Positions 40,699 through 51,497 of a DNA stretch of 64,000 nt are shown here, piece by piece. The stretch lies in NCBI GenBank assembly GCA_963745035.1, contig CAVUVW010000019.1:128001-192000 (forward strand). The letters run 5' to 3'. The position numbers and the translations under genes are program-made. Each line of letters starts with the position of its first letter. Position 1 is the first letter of the stretch. This DNA is from an uncultured delta proteobacterium (lineage in GTDB: Bacteria > Desulfobacterota > Binatia > UBA9968). Under the pieces are notes generated by a model. That model saw only the letters and a program-made list of their open reading frames with translations, was not told the origin of the DNA and did not search any database.

Positions 40699-42104
40699 AT
40701 GAAACAACCAGACGGAATGCGAAGTTGGCTCGAAGCAAGCCGATGCCCTGGGCGAGATCCGAACAATTGAAGGAGCGGATTGGGATCTCGAGATCGGCGG
40801 GGTGGCCGACATCGTCAACGAGCGCGGCAGCTCGCCGGCGGTGCTGTTCGATTCCGTAAAAGGCTATCCGAAGGGTTATCGGGTACTCGTCAACTCGCTC
40901 GGCTCGACCAAGCGGCTGGGATTGAGCCTCGGAATGCCGCAGAACTTGAACGCCATGGAATTCGTTTCCGAGTGGCGCCGAAGGTCGAAGGATCTGAAGC
41001 ATATTCCGCCGCGCGTGGTGACCGATGGGCCGGTGCTGGAGAATATTCAGCGCGGCAAGGATGTCAATATTCTCTCTTTCCCGACGCCGCGCTGGTTCGA
41101 ATTGGACGGCGGCCGATATATCGGTACCGGCAGCGTCAATATCACCCACGATCCGGAGGAAGGCTGGACCAATCTGGGCACGGCGCGGGTGATGATTCAC
41201 GACGAAAATACCGTGGGTTTTTATATCGCGCCGGGGCGCCATGGGCGCATCCACCGCGACAAGGCCTTCGCGCGCGGCGAGCCGTTCAAGGTGGCGATCT
41301 CGGTCGGGACATGATCCGTTGATATTTCTCGCCGGCGCTCTCGAAGTGCCTTACGGCGTTTGCGAGTACGACTTCATCGGCGGGATTCAGGGCGAACCGG
41401 TCGATGTGATTCGCGGCGAGTTCACCGGCTTGCCGATTCCAGCGACGGCGGAAATTGTCCTGGAAGGCGAGTGCGTGCCCGGACCGGAGAAGATCGAAGG
41501 GCCTTTCGGCGAGTGGACCGGATATTACGGTAGCTCGTCGCGGCCCGAGCCCATCGTGAAAATTAAAAACGTCATGCACCGTAACGATCCCATCCTGCTC
41601 GGCTACACGCGCAAGTGGCGCGCGCCGCTCAAGGCGGCGCTGGTGTGGGACGATCTGGAAGGCGCCGGCGTGCCGGACGTGCGCGGCGTGTGGTACCACG
41701 AGGCCGCCGGAGCGGCGTATCTGTTCCTGGTCGTCTCCATCAAGCAGCGTTATCCCGGCCATGCGCGGCAGGCGGGATTGATTGCGACGGAATGCCACGC
41801 CGCGGCGTACTTGGGTCGTTATACGATAGTGGTCGATGATGACATCGACCCCACTAATTTGAACGAAGTCTTGTGGGCGGTGTGCACCCGCTCCGATCCG
41901 TCGGTGGATATCGAAATCTTGCGCCGCTGCTGGAGCGGTCCGCTCGATCCGATCATTCACAAGGACAAGAAGGGCTTCAACTCCCGCGCGATCATCGATG
42001 CGACCCGGCCTTACGAGTGGAAGGACACCTTTCCGCAGGTGTCGCGCTCGAGCAAACAGCTGCGGGAGCAGATTCTGTCGAAGTGGGCGGACAAATTGTC
42101 GTAA
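40699..42104 (+). CDS. UbiD-family (prFMN-dependent) decarboxylase (two +1 frameshifts, ~40735 and ~41310)
   Basis: WDLEIGG, PAVLFD, DGGRYIGT, NLGTAR, EGPFGEWTGYY, VVDDDIDP, IIDATRP. Confidence 0.88.
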
Positions 42105-42142
42105 TTCAGCTCAGATCGTTACGACGTTACCTCACGCGAGGT

Positions 42143-42210
42143 CGTCACTCCCGCGAATTTAGGGAGTCCAGGTTCACAAGCACTGGATTCCCGTTTCCAC
42201 GGGAATGACG
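42143..42210. repeat. REP-like palindrome, CGTCA...ATGACG family (copy 3)
   Basis: cgtcactcccgcgaatttagggagtccag ... ctggattcccgtttccacgggaatgacg. Confidence 0.72.
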
Positions 42211-42258
42211 GATTAAGCCGGAGAGTCGCGTCAAAAAGGAAACACAACAGGAGCAAAC

Positions 42259-43222
42259 ATGGCACTGCAACTGACCATCGCCTGCGGCGATTATGACCGG
42301 ACCCATCCGCTGATCGACGGCTCGGTCAAGCCGGAGGGGATCGAGCTCAACTGGCTCGTGCTGCCGCATCTCGAGATCTGGACGCGCATGCTGAATTATT
42401 ACGACTTCGATGCTTCGGAGATTTCGTTGTCGTCCTACATCACGTCCAAGATGCATGGGGAAGCCGCTCACCGCTATACCGGTGTTCCCGGCCCGCGCCT
42501 TTCGCCATTCCTATATTTTCATCAACACCAAGAGCGGTATCCGCGAGCCGAAGGACTTGACGGGCAAGCGGGTCGGTCTCGGCGAGTTTCAGCAAACCGC
42601 GACGGTGTGGATGCGCGGGATGCTGCAACATGAGTACGGAGTCAATCTGGATGAGATCGAGTGGCACCTGTGGACGCCGCACGCCCGCATGGAGATGGAG
42701 TTGCCCAAGCGCTACAAGGTCAAGCGGATCCCGCCGGACCGGAAACCAGATCAGATGTTTTTCGACGGCGAGCTGGATGCGATCATGGTGCCCAGTTTGT
42801 TCCCATCGTTGTTCAGTCCGCCGCCGCATATCCGGCGATTGTTCGAGGACTCTCCTAAGGTCGAAGCGGAATACTTCAAGAACACCGGCATCTTTCCGAT
42901 CATGCACTCAGTCGCGCTGCGCCAGGACGTATGGGACGAGCATCCTTGGATTGCGCGCAGCCTGTTCAAGGCCTTTCAGCGCGCGAAGGAGGACGCTTAC
43001 GCAAGGCTCAAGGACTTGTCGCCGTACAAAATCAGTCTGGCGTGGTTTCGCGGCCCGGTGGAGGAGCAGGAACGCATACTTGGCGCCGATCCGTGGCCTT
43101 ATGGACTCGAAAAGAATCGCCACGTGATCGAAACGCTTGCCACCTATCTGTACGAGCAAGGGCTGGCGGATCGGAAGATGCCGCTGGAGGAACTGTTCGC
43201 GCCGAATACGCTTGATCTATGA
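42259..43222 (+). CDS. 4,5-dihydroxyphthalate decarboxylase-like protein (PBP fold, cytoplasmic; one +1 frameshift near 42460)
   Basis: LTIACGDYDRT..LIDG.V.PEGI, AIPVFP.R.FRHS, TGIFPIMH, DPWPYGL..NR, YEQGL; no signal peptide. Confidence 0.82.
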
Positions 43223-43232
43223 TCGGTCGAAG

Positions 43233-43270
43233 GGTTCAAGCCGTTCAAAACGTTCAAGCAGTTCAAACCG
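43233..43270. repeat. GTTCAA tandem repeat (half element)
   Basis: Four GTTCAA at 9-nt spacing. Confidence 0.7.
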
Positions 43271-43310
43271 TCAGATCGGAAGCTTGCCAAATTGTTCATG
43301 CCCCAGATGT

Positions 43311-43383
43311 TGTCATTTCGAACGAATGTGAGAAATCCTTCCGCAAGAGCTAGGAAGGATTTCTCCCTGCGGTCGAAATGACA
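43311..43383. repeat. REP-like palindrome, TGTCATTTCGA...TCGAAATGACA family
   Basis: tgtcatttcgaacgaatgtgagaaatcctt ... aaggatttctccctgcggtcgaaatgaca; second copy at 55753. Confidence 0.75.
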
Positions 43384-43555
43384 GGGGTGAGGCATAGGCG
43401 GCATCAAAATTACTAAAGCGTTAACGTGATCGATCGGGGGACTTCTCCGCGACGCCCACTACCGGTCAACCGTCGATTCCTTGCCGACCTACCGATCTGT
43501 CTGCTAATTCTGGCTCGACACAAATCTTGTTATTCAAAGGAGCGATTCTTCTTAC

Positions 43556-44518
43556 GTGAAACAGCGTTGGTTTGTCACCGCTATATTATTTGCCTGGTGT
43601 CTGTCTGAATGTTTTTCGGTTCAAGCTCAGGAAAAACTCGTTATCACTCACTCGAGCGAAAGCATCAGCATCACTCCGCTGATTTACGGCATCGAAAGAG
43701 GCTTTTACCGCAAAGAAGGGATTGATTTGCAATTCCGCGTGCTGCGCGGCGAGCTCGCCGTAAGCTCGATCGTCAGCGGGAAAGACGTCGATTACATGTA
43801 CGGCGCGGGCACGGCCTTTTTTGCGGCGGTGCGCGGCTTGCCGATGAAGGTTCTCTCACATGACTTCAAGAGTGTGTTTTTCTATCTGATGGGGAGCCCG
43901 CGGGTCCAGTCGGGCCAAGATCTGAGAGGCAAGAGAGTTGCGGTCGCATCGCTCGGTGGGACAGGAGCAGCGGCGACGAGGGCGTCCCTCAAGGCTATCG
44001 GGTTGGATTCCGAGAAAGACGTGACTTTGATCGTGATCGGCTCGGCGTCAGTGCGCATGGCAGCCATGGAGACGGGCTCGGTGGAGGCCGCCATCATGCC
44101 GGTTCCTTGGAACTTCCGCATGAAGCAAAAGGGCTTCAAGGAACTGATCTATGCCGGCAAAGTAATGTCGCAACCGTTGACCGGGCTCGCGACTTCCAAG
44201 GATAAAATGGAAAGACAGGCGGATCAGGCGCGGAGAATGCTGCGCGCCTTTCTTCGCTCGATGAAGGCGATGAAGGACGACCGGAGGGAAGTCACGGATT
44301 TCATCGCCAAAAAATTCAGCCTGGACGGGCCGACTGCCGAGGAGACGTATAAGATCATGATCCAGACCCTGACCGAGGACGGCACGATCAACGAGAACGA
44401 CTTGAACAGTCTTCTCGAGGAAACCAAGCAGGAGGCCGGCGTCAAAAGGGCGATCGCCGTAAAGGACATCGTGGACTACTCGCTGCTCCGCCGCGCGGCG
44501 AAAGAAATCGGCGGATGA
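43556..44518 (+). CDS. NitT/TauT-type ABC substrate-binding protein
   Basis: Signal peptide VQA-Q, 'GIERGFYRKEGID', 'DLRGKRVAV', 'IVDYSLLRRA'. Confidence 0.88.
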   Translation: MKQRWFVTAILFAWCLSECFSVQAQEKLVITHSSESISITPLIYGIERGFYRKEGIDLQFRVLRGELAVSSIVSGKDVDYMYGAGTAFFAAVRGLPMKVLSHDFKSVFFYLMGSPRVQSGQDLRGKRVAVASLGGTGAAATRASLKAIGLDSEKDVTLIVIGSASVRMAAMETGSVEAAIMPVPWNFRMKQKGFKELIYAGKVMSQPLTGLATSKDKMERQADQARRMLRAFLRSMKAMKDDRREVTDFIAKKFSLDGPTAEETYKIMIQTLTEDGTINENDLNSLLEETKQEAGVKRAIAVKDIVDYSLLRRAAKEIGG

Positions 44519-44549
44519 AATACCTCACGAGCAAAAGGAACAACACGCA

Positions 44550-45506
44550 ATGATCAAGCAGCTGATATTTTTCATCATTGCTCTTCTCGCCGCTGCTGTG
44601 CCGCTCGACGCCGCGGATAAAGTGCGGATGTCGATATCGTCCATCGATGTCTCCTTTCTCACCGCGGGCGTCGGCCAGAAGCGCGGTTTTTTTCGCGACG
44701 AAGGAATTGACATCGAGCTGATCCGTATGAACGCGAATATTTCCGTGACCGCTCTTAGCACGGGGGATGTCGACTATACGATGATCTTCGGTTCTGTAGT
44801 GCGCGGCGCGATGCGCGGCATGCCGATGAGAGTGCTGGCATGCTTCATGGACAGCTCCACGCACACCTTGATTGCCCGGCCCGAATACAAGTCGATTCGC
44901 GAGTTGAAGGGCAAAACCCTGGCCGTCAGCACCTACGGCAGCACATCGGATGTTGCGGCGAGAATGATGATGAAGCACGGGGGCGTCGATCCGGAGCGGG
45001 AGCTGAAGGTTATTCCGTTGGGCGCAGAGCGGGCGCGATTCGGCGCTTTGCGCGAGGGCATCGTGGACGTCGCTGTGTTGTCTCCGCCGGCGGACTCAGA
45101 AGCCGGCAAGTATGGGCTCAACGTGTTGTCCCGCTTCTACGAAATCTACAAGATGCCATTCACGGGCCTGGGCACCCATCACAAGAAGCTCAAGGAAAGA
45201 CCGGATGAGGTCAAGCGCATGCTCAAAGCGATGATCCGCACCAACCGCTTCATTCGGCAGAATCGCGAAGGCACGATCCAGACGATGGTCGAATGGATGA
45301 AAATCGACCGCGATGCGGCGGCGGCGACCTACGATTCGACCGCGCGCGTGTTCAGCGACGACGGCACGATCCCAGAAGCGGGGCTCAAGCTCGTGATCGA
45401 TCAGGGCAGAGAGGGGATGAAGATCGAGCGGCCCGTGGGGATTGCCGATGTCGCTGATGTCGCTTTGCTGCGCGAAGTCCAAAAAGAGCTGGCTACAAAG
45501 AAGTAA
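44550..45506 (+). CDS. NitT/TauT-type ABC substrate-binding protein
   Basis: Signal peptide, 'GQKRGFFRDEGID', 'ELKGKTLAVS', 'VADVALLREVQKEL'. Confidence 0.9.
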   Translation: MIKQLIFFIIALLAAAVPLDAADKVRMSISSIDVSFLTAGVGQKRGFFRDEGIDIELIRMNANISVTALSTGDVDYTMIFGSVVRGAMRGMPMRVLACFMDSSTHTLIARPEYKSIRELKGKTLAVSTYGSTSDVAARMMMKHGGVDPERELKVIPLGAERARFGALREGIVDVAVLSPPADSEAGKYGLNVLSRFYEIYKMPFTGLGTHHKKLKERPDEVKRMLKAMIRTNRFIRQNREGTIQTMVEWMKIDRDAAAATYDSTARVFSDDGTIPEAGLKLVIDQGREGMKIERPVGIADVADVALLREVQKELATKK

Positions 45507-45564
45507 TATTCCAGCGACCGGAACTGGTTTGGCGCTTGTAATGATCTCCAACAAGAGGACCTTC

Positions 45565-46592
45565 ATGGGAAGAATCAGATGGTGTTTGCTCATCGCCTCG
45601 ATATCTATCTCTCTCTGTACGTCCCTGTGGGCGCAGGACTCCTCTATAAGGGCAAGACGGTTACCTTTCTCGTCGGCGCGCCGCCGGGGGGCGGTTTCGA
45701 TACGATGACGCGCATCGTCGCGCGCCATATGGGACGCCATCTGCCCGGCAACCCGATCGTCGTCGTTCAGAACATGACCGGCGCCGGAACTTTGATCGCG
45801 GCAAATCATCTCTACAATCGCAGCAAACCGGACGGGCTGACCATCGGCGTGTGGGTCGGCAGCCTGACCTTGCAGAAATTCCTGGGCGGTACAGGCATGG
45901 ACTTCGATCCATTGCGCTTCGAATGGATCGGCGTGCCGGTACAGCAAACTTTTCTCTGCGCCTTCACCAAGGCAAGCGGCATCACGAGCATGGAAAGATG
46001 GTACGGCGCGAAGACGCCCGTCAAAATGGGCGGGCAGGTGCCGGGTACCCGGCCGGACGATATCTCATCCATTCTAAAATCGGCTTTAGGCCTTCCCATC
46101 CAGTTGGTACAGGGCTACAAGGGTACAGCGGAAATCACCATGGCGGCAGAAGCCGGAGAGTTGGCCGGCCAGTGCACGAGCTGGCAGGGTTTGAAAAGCA
46201 GCTGGCGCAGGCAATATGAAGCCGGCGATGTGGCTATTGTCGTGCAGACCAACCGAAAATCCATTCCCGAGCTTACCCACGTGCCGCTCGCGATCAACTA
46301 TGCCAAAAGCGAAGAAGCGAAGCGCCTGATCGATGTCGGCATCCATGATTTGAACGCGATCACCTTGGCGTATTCCGCGCCTCCGGGCACGCCGAAAGAT
46401 AAGGTGCAGATCTTGCGCAGAGCTTTGCAAGCGACCTTGCGCGACGGCGCTTTCTTGGCGGATGCCAAAGCCGCCCAGCAGGAAGTCGATCCGATGACCG
46501 GCGAGGATTTGGCGGCGACGGTTGCCGGTTTCAAGAACATTCCGGCGCCAGTCATGGCAAAGTTGGCGGAACTTCTGCTGCCGAAGAAGTGA
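45565..46592 (+). CDS. tripartite tricarboxylate transporter substrate-binding protein (TctC/Bug; 1-nt deletion near 45642)
   Basis: Signal peptide MGRIRW...LWAQD, then YKGKTVTFLVGAPPGGGFD, NMTGAG, KPDGLT, GYKGT, PPGTP. Confidence 0.85.
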
Positions 46593-46616
46593 CCGGCGCC
46601 ACAAGGAGAAACGAAC

Positions 46617-47734
46617 GTGAAGAACGGACTAAAGGCTTTCGACAGCGACATGCACGTCTACGATCCGGCATTTCTCTACGAAAAATACATGAATCCGAAG
46701 TGGGGCGATCGGATTCCGCGGGGGCAGCGAAACGGCAAGCACGGCCGGGTCGAATTCAAGCTTGGCGGCGGCAAGGAAACACTGCGTGCGATCACCGACG
46801 TTATCGATCACGGCCAGAAGCAGGTGGCCGATCGGTACGATTTCGCCGTAGCGCGGGATTATGACGCGGTCTCGCAGATCGAGGCGATGGACCGCGAAGG
46901 AGTTGATATGGCAGTGCTGTTTCGCACTTCGCCGCTGCACTGTGATGAAACGCTGGAAGCGGAATATGCCAACGATCTTTGCAAGGCTTGGAACGATTGG
47001 ATCACCGATTTTTGTCGGGAGAATCCACGGCGCCTGACGCGCTTCCGCGCTGATTACGTTACACGACGTCGATTTGGCCGTCGAGGAAGTGCGGCGCGCG
47101 GTGACAGAATTAAAAGTAACCGGCCTGTCGCTCTGCCCCGAGCCGATCAACGGCAAGCGTATTCATGACCGCTGTTTCGATCCGCTCTGGGCGGAGATCG
47201 AAAAGCTCGGCGTGGCGCTGTGCTTTCATCCGCCGGCGCGGCCCAAGCAGGATCAGGTCGCGAACAAATTTTTCGGCCATCCCAACGCCAACATCGTGGC
47301 GATGGCATTGCGCAACCCGGTGGAATTGATTCAAGCCGTGTCGAGCTTCTGCGCAGGCGGCGTGCTCGAGAAATTTCCCAAGTTGCGGGTCGCCTTCCTG
47401 GAAGGCAACTGCGCCTGGCTGCCTTGGCTGCTTTATCGGCTCGACGAGCGCGCCAAGCTCCACGGCCCGCTCGCCGATGTGCCGCTTTCGCGTCAACCGA
47501 GCGAATATTTTCTCCAGCAGTGCTTTCATTTCGCTCGACCCGGACGAATACCTGGTGACGGATGTCGTGAAGCGGCTGGGCGATGACAACCTGGTGGTGT
47601 CGACCGATTATCCTCATATCGACGCGCATTTTCCGCACGCGGTGGATGAATTCTTCGAGATCGACGGTCTGAGCGACGCGACCCGGAGAAAGATTCTATG
47701 GGACAACTGCGCGCGGCTGTATAACGTCAATTAG
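46617..47734 (+). CDS. amidohydrolase_2 family protein (decarboxylase/hydratase type; two +1 frameshifts, ~47040 and ~47527)
   Basis: FDSDMH, MDREGVDMAVLF, AWNDW, CFHP, FLEGNCAWL, STDYPH, KILWDNCARLY. Confidence 0.85.
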
Positions 47735-47737
47735 ATT

Positions 47738-47810
47738 TGTTCAAAAGTTCAACCGTTCAAGGTTCAACGTTCGGCTTCGATCCTTGACCTTGAACTTGGA
47801 ACCTTGAACG
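47738..47810. repeat. GTTCAA/TTGAAC tandem-inverted repeat element (7-8 nt period variant)
   Basis: gttcaaaa-gttcaacc-gttcaag-gttcaac ... cttgacc-ttgaac-ttggaacc-ttgaac. Confidence 0.72.
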
Positions 47811-47823
47811 AAAGGAATAACCA

Positions 47824-48816
47824 ATGGCACGGAAAGTAGTCTGCATCGTCGTTATGCTGATGGTCTTTGCATGGGGAGCAAGATTGGTTTGCGCCGCGGA
47901 GCCGATGTCCAAGGCTTTGTTTGCTTACGGCGCGATTAACGCCTACATGACGTCAACATGGATCGCCAAGGAGCAGGGTTTTTTCCGCAAGCATAACGTC
48001 GAGGTGCAGCCGGTTTTCATAATCGCCACACAGGCAGCGCAGGCGATGCTCGCCGGAGAAGTGCAGGTTGGGCTGATCGGTCCAACCCACATCGTGAACG
48101 CGGTGGCGGCAGGCGGCGACATGGTGATGATCATGGGGAACCAAAACAAGGTGCGATATCAGCTCGTCGCCCACCCAAGCATCAAGCGGGCGGAGGACTT
48201 GAAGGGTAAGAAGGTCGGCATCGGCGCCAGCATGGCGGGACTGGCGACTTTGGCGGCGATCATGTCGTTGGAGCATCTGGGTCTCAATTCGCGGCGGGAT
48301 AATATCACGCTATTGCCAACCGGTCCGGAGCCGGCGCGCTTGGCAGCGGTAAAAGCCGGCACTACCCAGGCTACGGTGATTGCTCCGGAAATATCCCACG
48401 CCGCGATCGCGGAAGGATTTCCGGTGCTGGTGGACATGGCAAAACTCAACATTCCCTTTCAGGCGAGCGGCTTGGCGGTGTTGCGCAAGACATTACGCAG
48501 CGAGCAGGTCATGCTCGACCGGATTGGCCGGGCCACCGTCGATGCGATCCGTTTTATCGCCGCGCCTTCCAACAAGAACGTCGTCGTGCAATCGGTTATG
48601 AAGAATCTCAAGATCTCTGACCAGGGAAAGGCTGAAACCGTTTACGCCGATCTGGTGGAAGACCTGCCGCGCAGCATTTGCCCCACCGTGCCGGGCGTGC
48701 GCTCGATCATGAAGCTGATGACCGAATTCAACATCAACCCCAAGGCTTCACAGGTCAAAGTCGAAGACGTCGTTGATCTGACGCTCTGCAAGCGTTGGGG
48801 CGGCGAAGCGAGTTAA
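47824..48816 (+). CDS. NitT/TauT-type ABC substrate-binding protein
   Basis: Signal peptide, 'WIAKEQGFFRKHNVEV', 'DLKGKKVGIG'. Confidence 0.87.
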   Translation: MARKVVCIVVMLMVFAWGARLVCAAEPMSKALFAYGAINAYMTSTWIAKEQGFFRKHNVEVQPVFIIATQAAQAMLAGEVQVGLIGPTHIVNAVAAGGDMVMIMGNQNKVRYQLVAHPSIKRAEDLKGKKVGIGASMAGLATLAAIMSLEHLGLNSRRDNITLLPTGPEPARLAAVKAGTTQATVIAPEISHAAIAEGFPVLVDMAKLNIPFQASGLAVLRKTLRSEQVMLDRIGRATVDAIRFIAAPSNKNVVVQSVMKNLKISDQGKAETVYADLVEDLPRSICPTVPGVRSIMKLMTEFNINPKASQVKVEDVVDLTLCKRWGGEAS

Positions 48817-48823
48817 TCTCAGC

Positions 48824-48937
48824 AAATTCGAAGCACGAAATCCGAATCTCGAAACAATACCAGAACAACGAAAAACAAGTCGACAAGCTATTGAACTGAG
48901 GATTTGTTTCGGATTTCGCGATTCGAATTTCGGATTT
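48824..48937. repeat. heptamer-based inverted repeat (ATTCGAA/TTCGAAT family)
   Basis: aaattcgaagcacgaaatccgaatctcgaaacaa ... ttgtttcggatttcgcgattcgaatttcggattt. Confidence 0.72.
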
Positions 48938-48956
48938 TTATTATACGAGAAAGTCC

Positions 48957-50208
48957 ATGCTCATATCCGAAGAAGATCTCAAGCAGATGCATGCGCGTTT
49001 TCCGTACCCGCGGTTTTCCCAAGCCGAGTACGAGCGGCGCTACAATAACATCCACAAGATGATGCGCGAGTCTGAATCTCGACTGCCTGCTGATTATCGG
49101 CGGATCGGCGGCGTACGGGCGACTATGGTTCAATTTTCGCTATGTGACTAACATGATGGGCAAGGCGGAGATGGCGAACTACTGTTTTTTTCCGAAGGAG
49201 GGAGATCCGGCAGTGGTCACGCGGCCGGGTCACTCACTTGCAGGCGCGATGTTGGCACGCACGGCCGTGCGCAACGTGATCGTCGGCAAGCCGAGCGTGA
49301 TCGGCGCCATCGTCAACGAAATCAAAGAACGTGGTTATGAGAAGGGGCGGGTCGGTATCGTGGAGTACGATCCTTACACCTCCATCCCGAAGAATCATTG
49401 GGATTTCTTCACGACCAATTTGCCGCAGGCGGAGTTCATCTTCGTGACGAAGGAATTCATCGCCATGCGTCTTTTGAAGAGCGCCGAGGAGATTCAAGCG
49501 CTCGAGCGCTCCGCCGAGTTGGGCGACGTCGGCCTGCGCAGTATGCAGGATCGGGTAAAGCCCGGCATGACCGAAGGCGAGGTTTTCGGCATCGTCCATG
49601 AAGCGGTCTTAAAAGCGGGCGGCGAGATGGGCATGATCCAGATCGGCTCCTGCTCGATGCTCGATCCCGATATCAACGACCAGCGGCCCCGGCCGGTGGA
49701 ACGAGTGATCGGCGAGCGCGATATCATCAACAACGAGCTGGGAATTTTTTACAACGGCTACGAAGCGCAGTGCGGCCGGCCGGTCGTCACCGGCGAGCCG
49801 ACACCGGAATACGAAAAGATGTTCGAAATCGCGCAAGAAGGTTACGAGCGGCTGGTGCCGACTCTGTATGCCGGCAAAAGCAGCGAGAATTCCATCGCCG
49901 CAATGGAGTTCATCCGCGGCACCGATTATGAATTCTACGGTGGCTTTCTGCAGGGCATGCTCGGCGCCAACCCACGCCACGAGCCGCAGATCGGCTTCGA
50001 CCGCGTGCAGAGCGCGGAAGACCGTTATTTGTTCGGCGCCGACGGTAGGCTGGTTTACGAAGTCGGGCATGTGTTCGCTCTACAGATGCATATTGTGGAC
50101 AAATCTCACACCCGCGGCCTTTTTCTCGCCGATTTCTTCGCCATCGAAGAGAACGGCCCGCGCTGTCTCAATAAGTTTCCTTGCGAGATGATCCGAACGC
50201 GAAACTGA
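48957..50208 (+). CDS. M24 (creatinase/prolidase fold) protein lacking metal ligands (one +1 frameshift near 49071)
   Basis: FSQAEYERR creatinase-N start, LDCLLI, KSAEEI, VKPGMTEGE, pita-bread-type C-terminal domain. Confidence 0.8.
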
Positions 50209-50259
50209 GACCGTGCCGCTGTCAGTCCTGCACCCTCTTGTCGAAAGCGCGACCCGTAT

Positions 50260-50386
50260 CCGTCATTCCGGCGGAAGCCGGAATCCAGGCCGTTTTAGAG
50301 TGCGATCTGCATGCAGCCGTGATGCGCATCCGGGTTGAAGCAAGAATCACGGATGGATTCCCGCTAAAAACATGCGGGGATGACGG
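50260..50386. repeat. REP-like palindrome, CGTCATTCC...GGATGACG family (copy 4)
   Basis: ccgtcattccggcggaagccggaatccag ... tggattcccgctaaaaacatgcggggatgacgg. Confidence 0.75.
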
Positions 50387-50492
50387 AGGAGGAGCCAAAA
50401 TTGAGTTTTGCGGCTCGTATCTGAGAACGTTAATTGACTGAACTCTGATCGCGTGATACGCGAATTACCCGGATCATCGGAGGCTCCAATAC

Positions 50493-51464
50493 ATGCGCGT
50501 TATGCTTGTTCGCATTCTCGTCATCGTCGCGATTGTTTGTTCCGTAATCATTAGTAAACCAGGCAATCTAGCCGCCCAGCAGATCAAATTCGTCCTGCCC
50601 GGCAATTCCATGGGCTACTTGCCGCTGTTTGTCGCGGTGCATCGGGGATTTTTCAAAGACGAAGGGCTCGATATCGAGCTGCCGCGGTTATCGCCATCGA
50701 TCGCGCATAACGCGCTGTTGGCGGGCGAGGCTCATTATCATGGTTTGGCAGATTCAGGCTTGCGGCTGGCCGCGCGCGGACTTCCGCTGAAGGCGATTTT
50801 CTACGGCGCCGACAAGCCGATGTATTATTTGGTCGCGCAGAAAGAGATACGCTCGGTCGGCGAGCTGCGCGGCAAGCGCATCGGCGTCAGCCAATTCGGC
50901 GGCACGTCCGATCTTTCGGCCCGGTTGGCGCTCCGGCACTACGGTATCGAGCCCGAGAAGGACGCGATACTCATTCAAATCGGCGCCGAGGGTGTGCGCA
51001 TGGCGGCGCTTCGCGCGGGATCGGTGAGCGCGATCATCGTGCCGGTGCCCGCCGTGGCCGTGCTCAAGCGCGACGGTTTCAACGAAGTGTCTTTTGTCGG
51101 CGACGTCGTCGAGTTTGCAAGCAACGGCTACACGACGACCGAGCAGCGCATCAAGGACAATCCGCAGGAAGTGAAAAAAGTCGTACGCTCCCTTTATCGC
51201 GGCCTGCGCTACGCCAAGGAAAATTCCGAAGGTACAATCTCTGTCATCCAGCGCGAGTGGAAGGTCGATCCGGAAATCGCCAAGGAATCCTACCGCGCTA
51301 TCGTCAAAGCGCTCAACGAAGACGGCATCATAGGCGAGAAACAGCTGAAGATTCACTTCGATCTGATCCGCAAGGTTGAGAAGAACCTCGGGGAAATTCC
51401 CATCGACAAGGTTGTCGATTTCCGTCTGCTCAGGGAGGTGCGCAAGGAAAGCGCAGGTAAATAA
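50493..51464 (+). CDS. NitT/TauT-type ABC substrate-binding protein
   Basis: Signal peptide, 'VAVHRGFFKDEGLD', 'ELRGKRIGVS', 'VVDFRLLREVRKE'. Confidence 0.9.
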   Translation: MRVMLVRILVIVAIVCSVIISKPGNLAAQQIKFVLPGNSMGYLPLFVAVHRGFFKDEGLDIELPRLSPSIAHNALLAGEAHYHGLADSGLRLAARGLPLKAIFYGADKPMYYLVAQKEIRSVGELRGKRIGVSQFGGTSDLSARLALRHYGIEPEKDAILIQIGAEGVRMAALRAGSVSAIIVPVPAVAVLKRDGFNEVSFVGDVVEFASNGYTTTEQRIKDNPQEVKKVVRSLYRGLRYAKENSEGTISVIQREWKVDPEIAKESYRAIVKALNEDGIIGEKQLKIHFDLIRKVEKNLGEIPIDKVVDFRLLREVRKESAGK

Positions 51465-51497
51465 CCCACACGGGAAATCGTTTCCGGAGTTTCGGAA

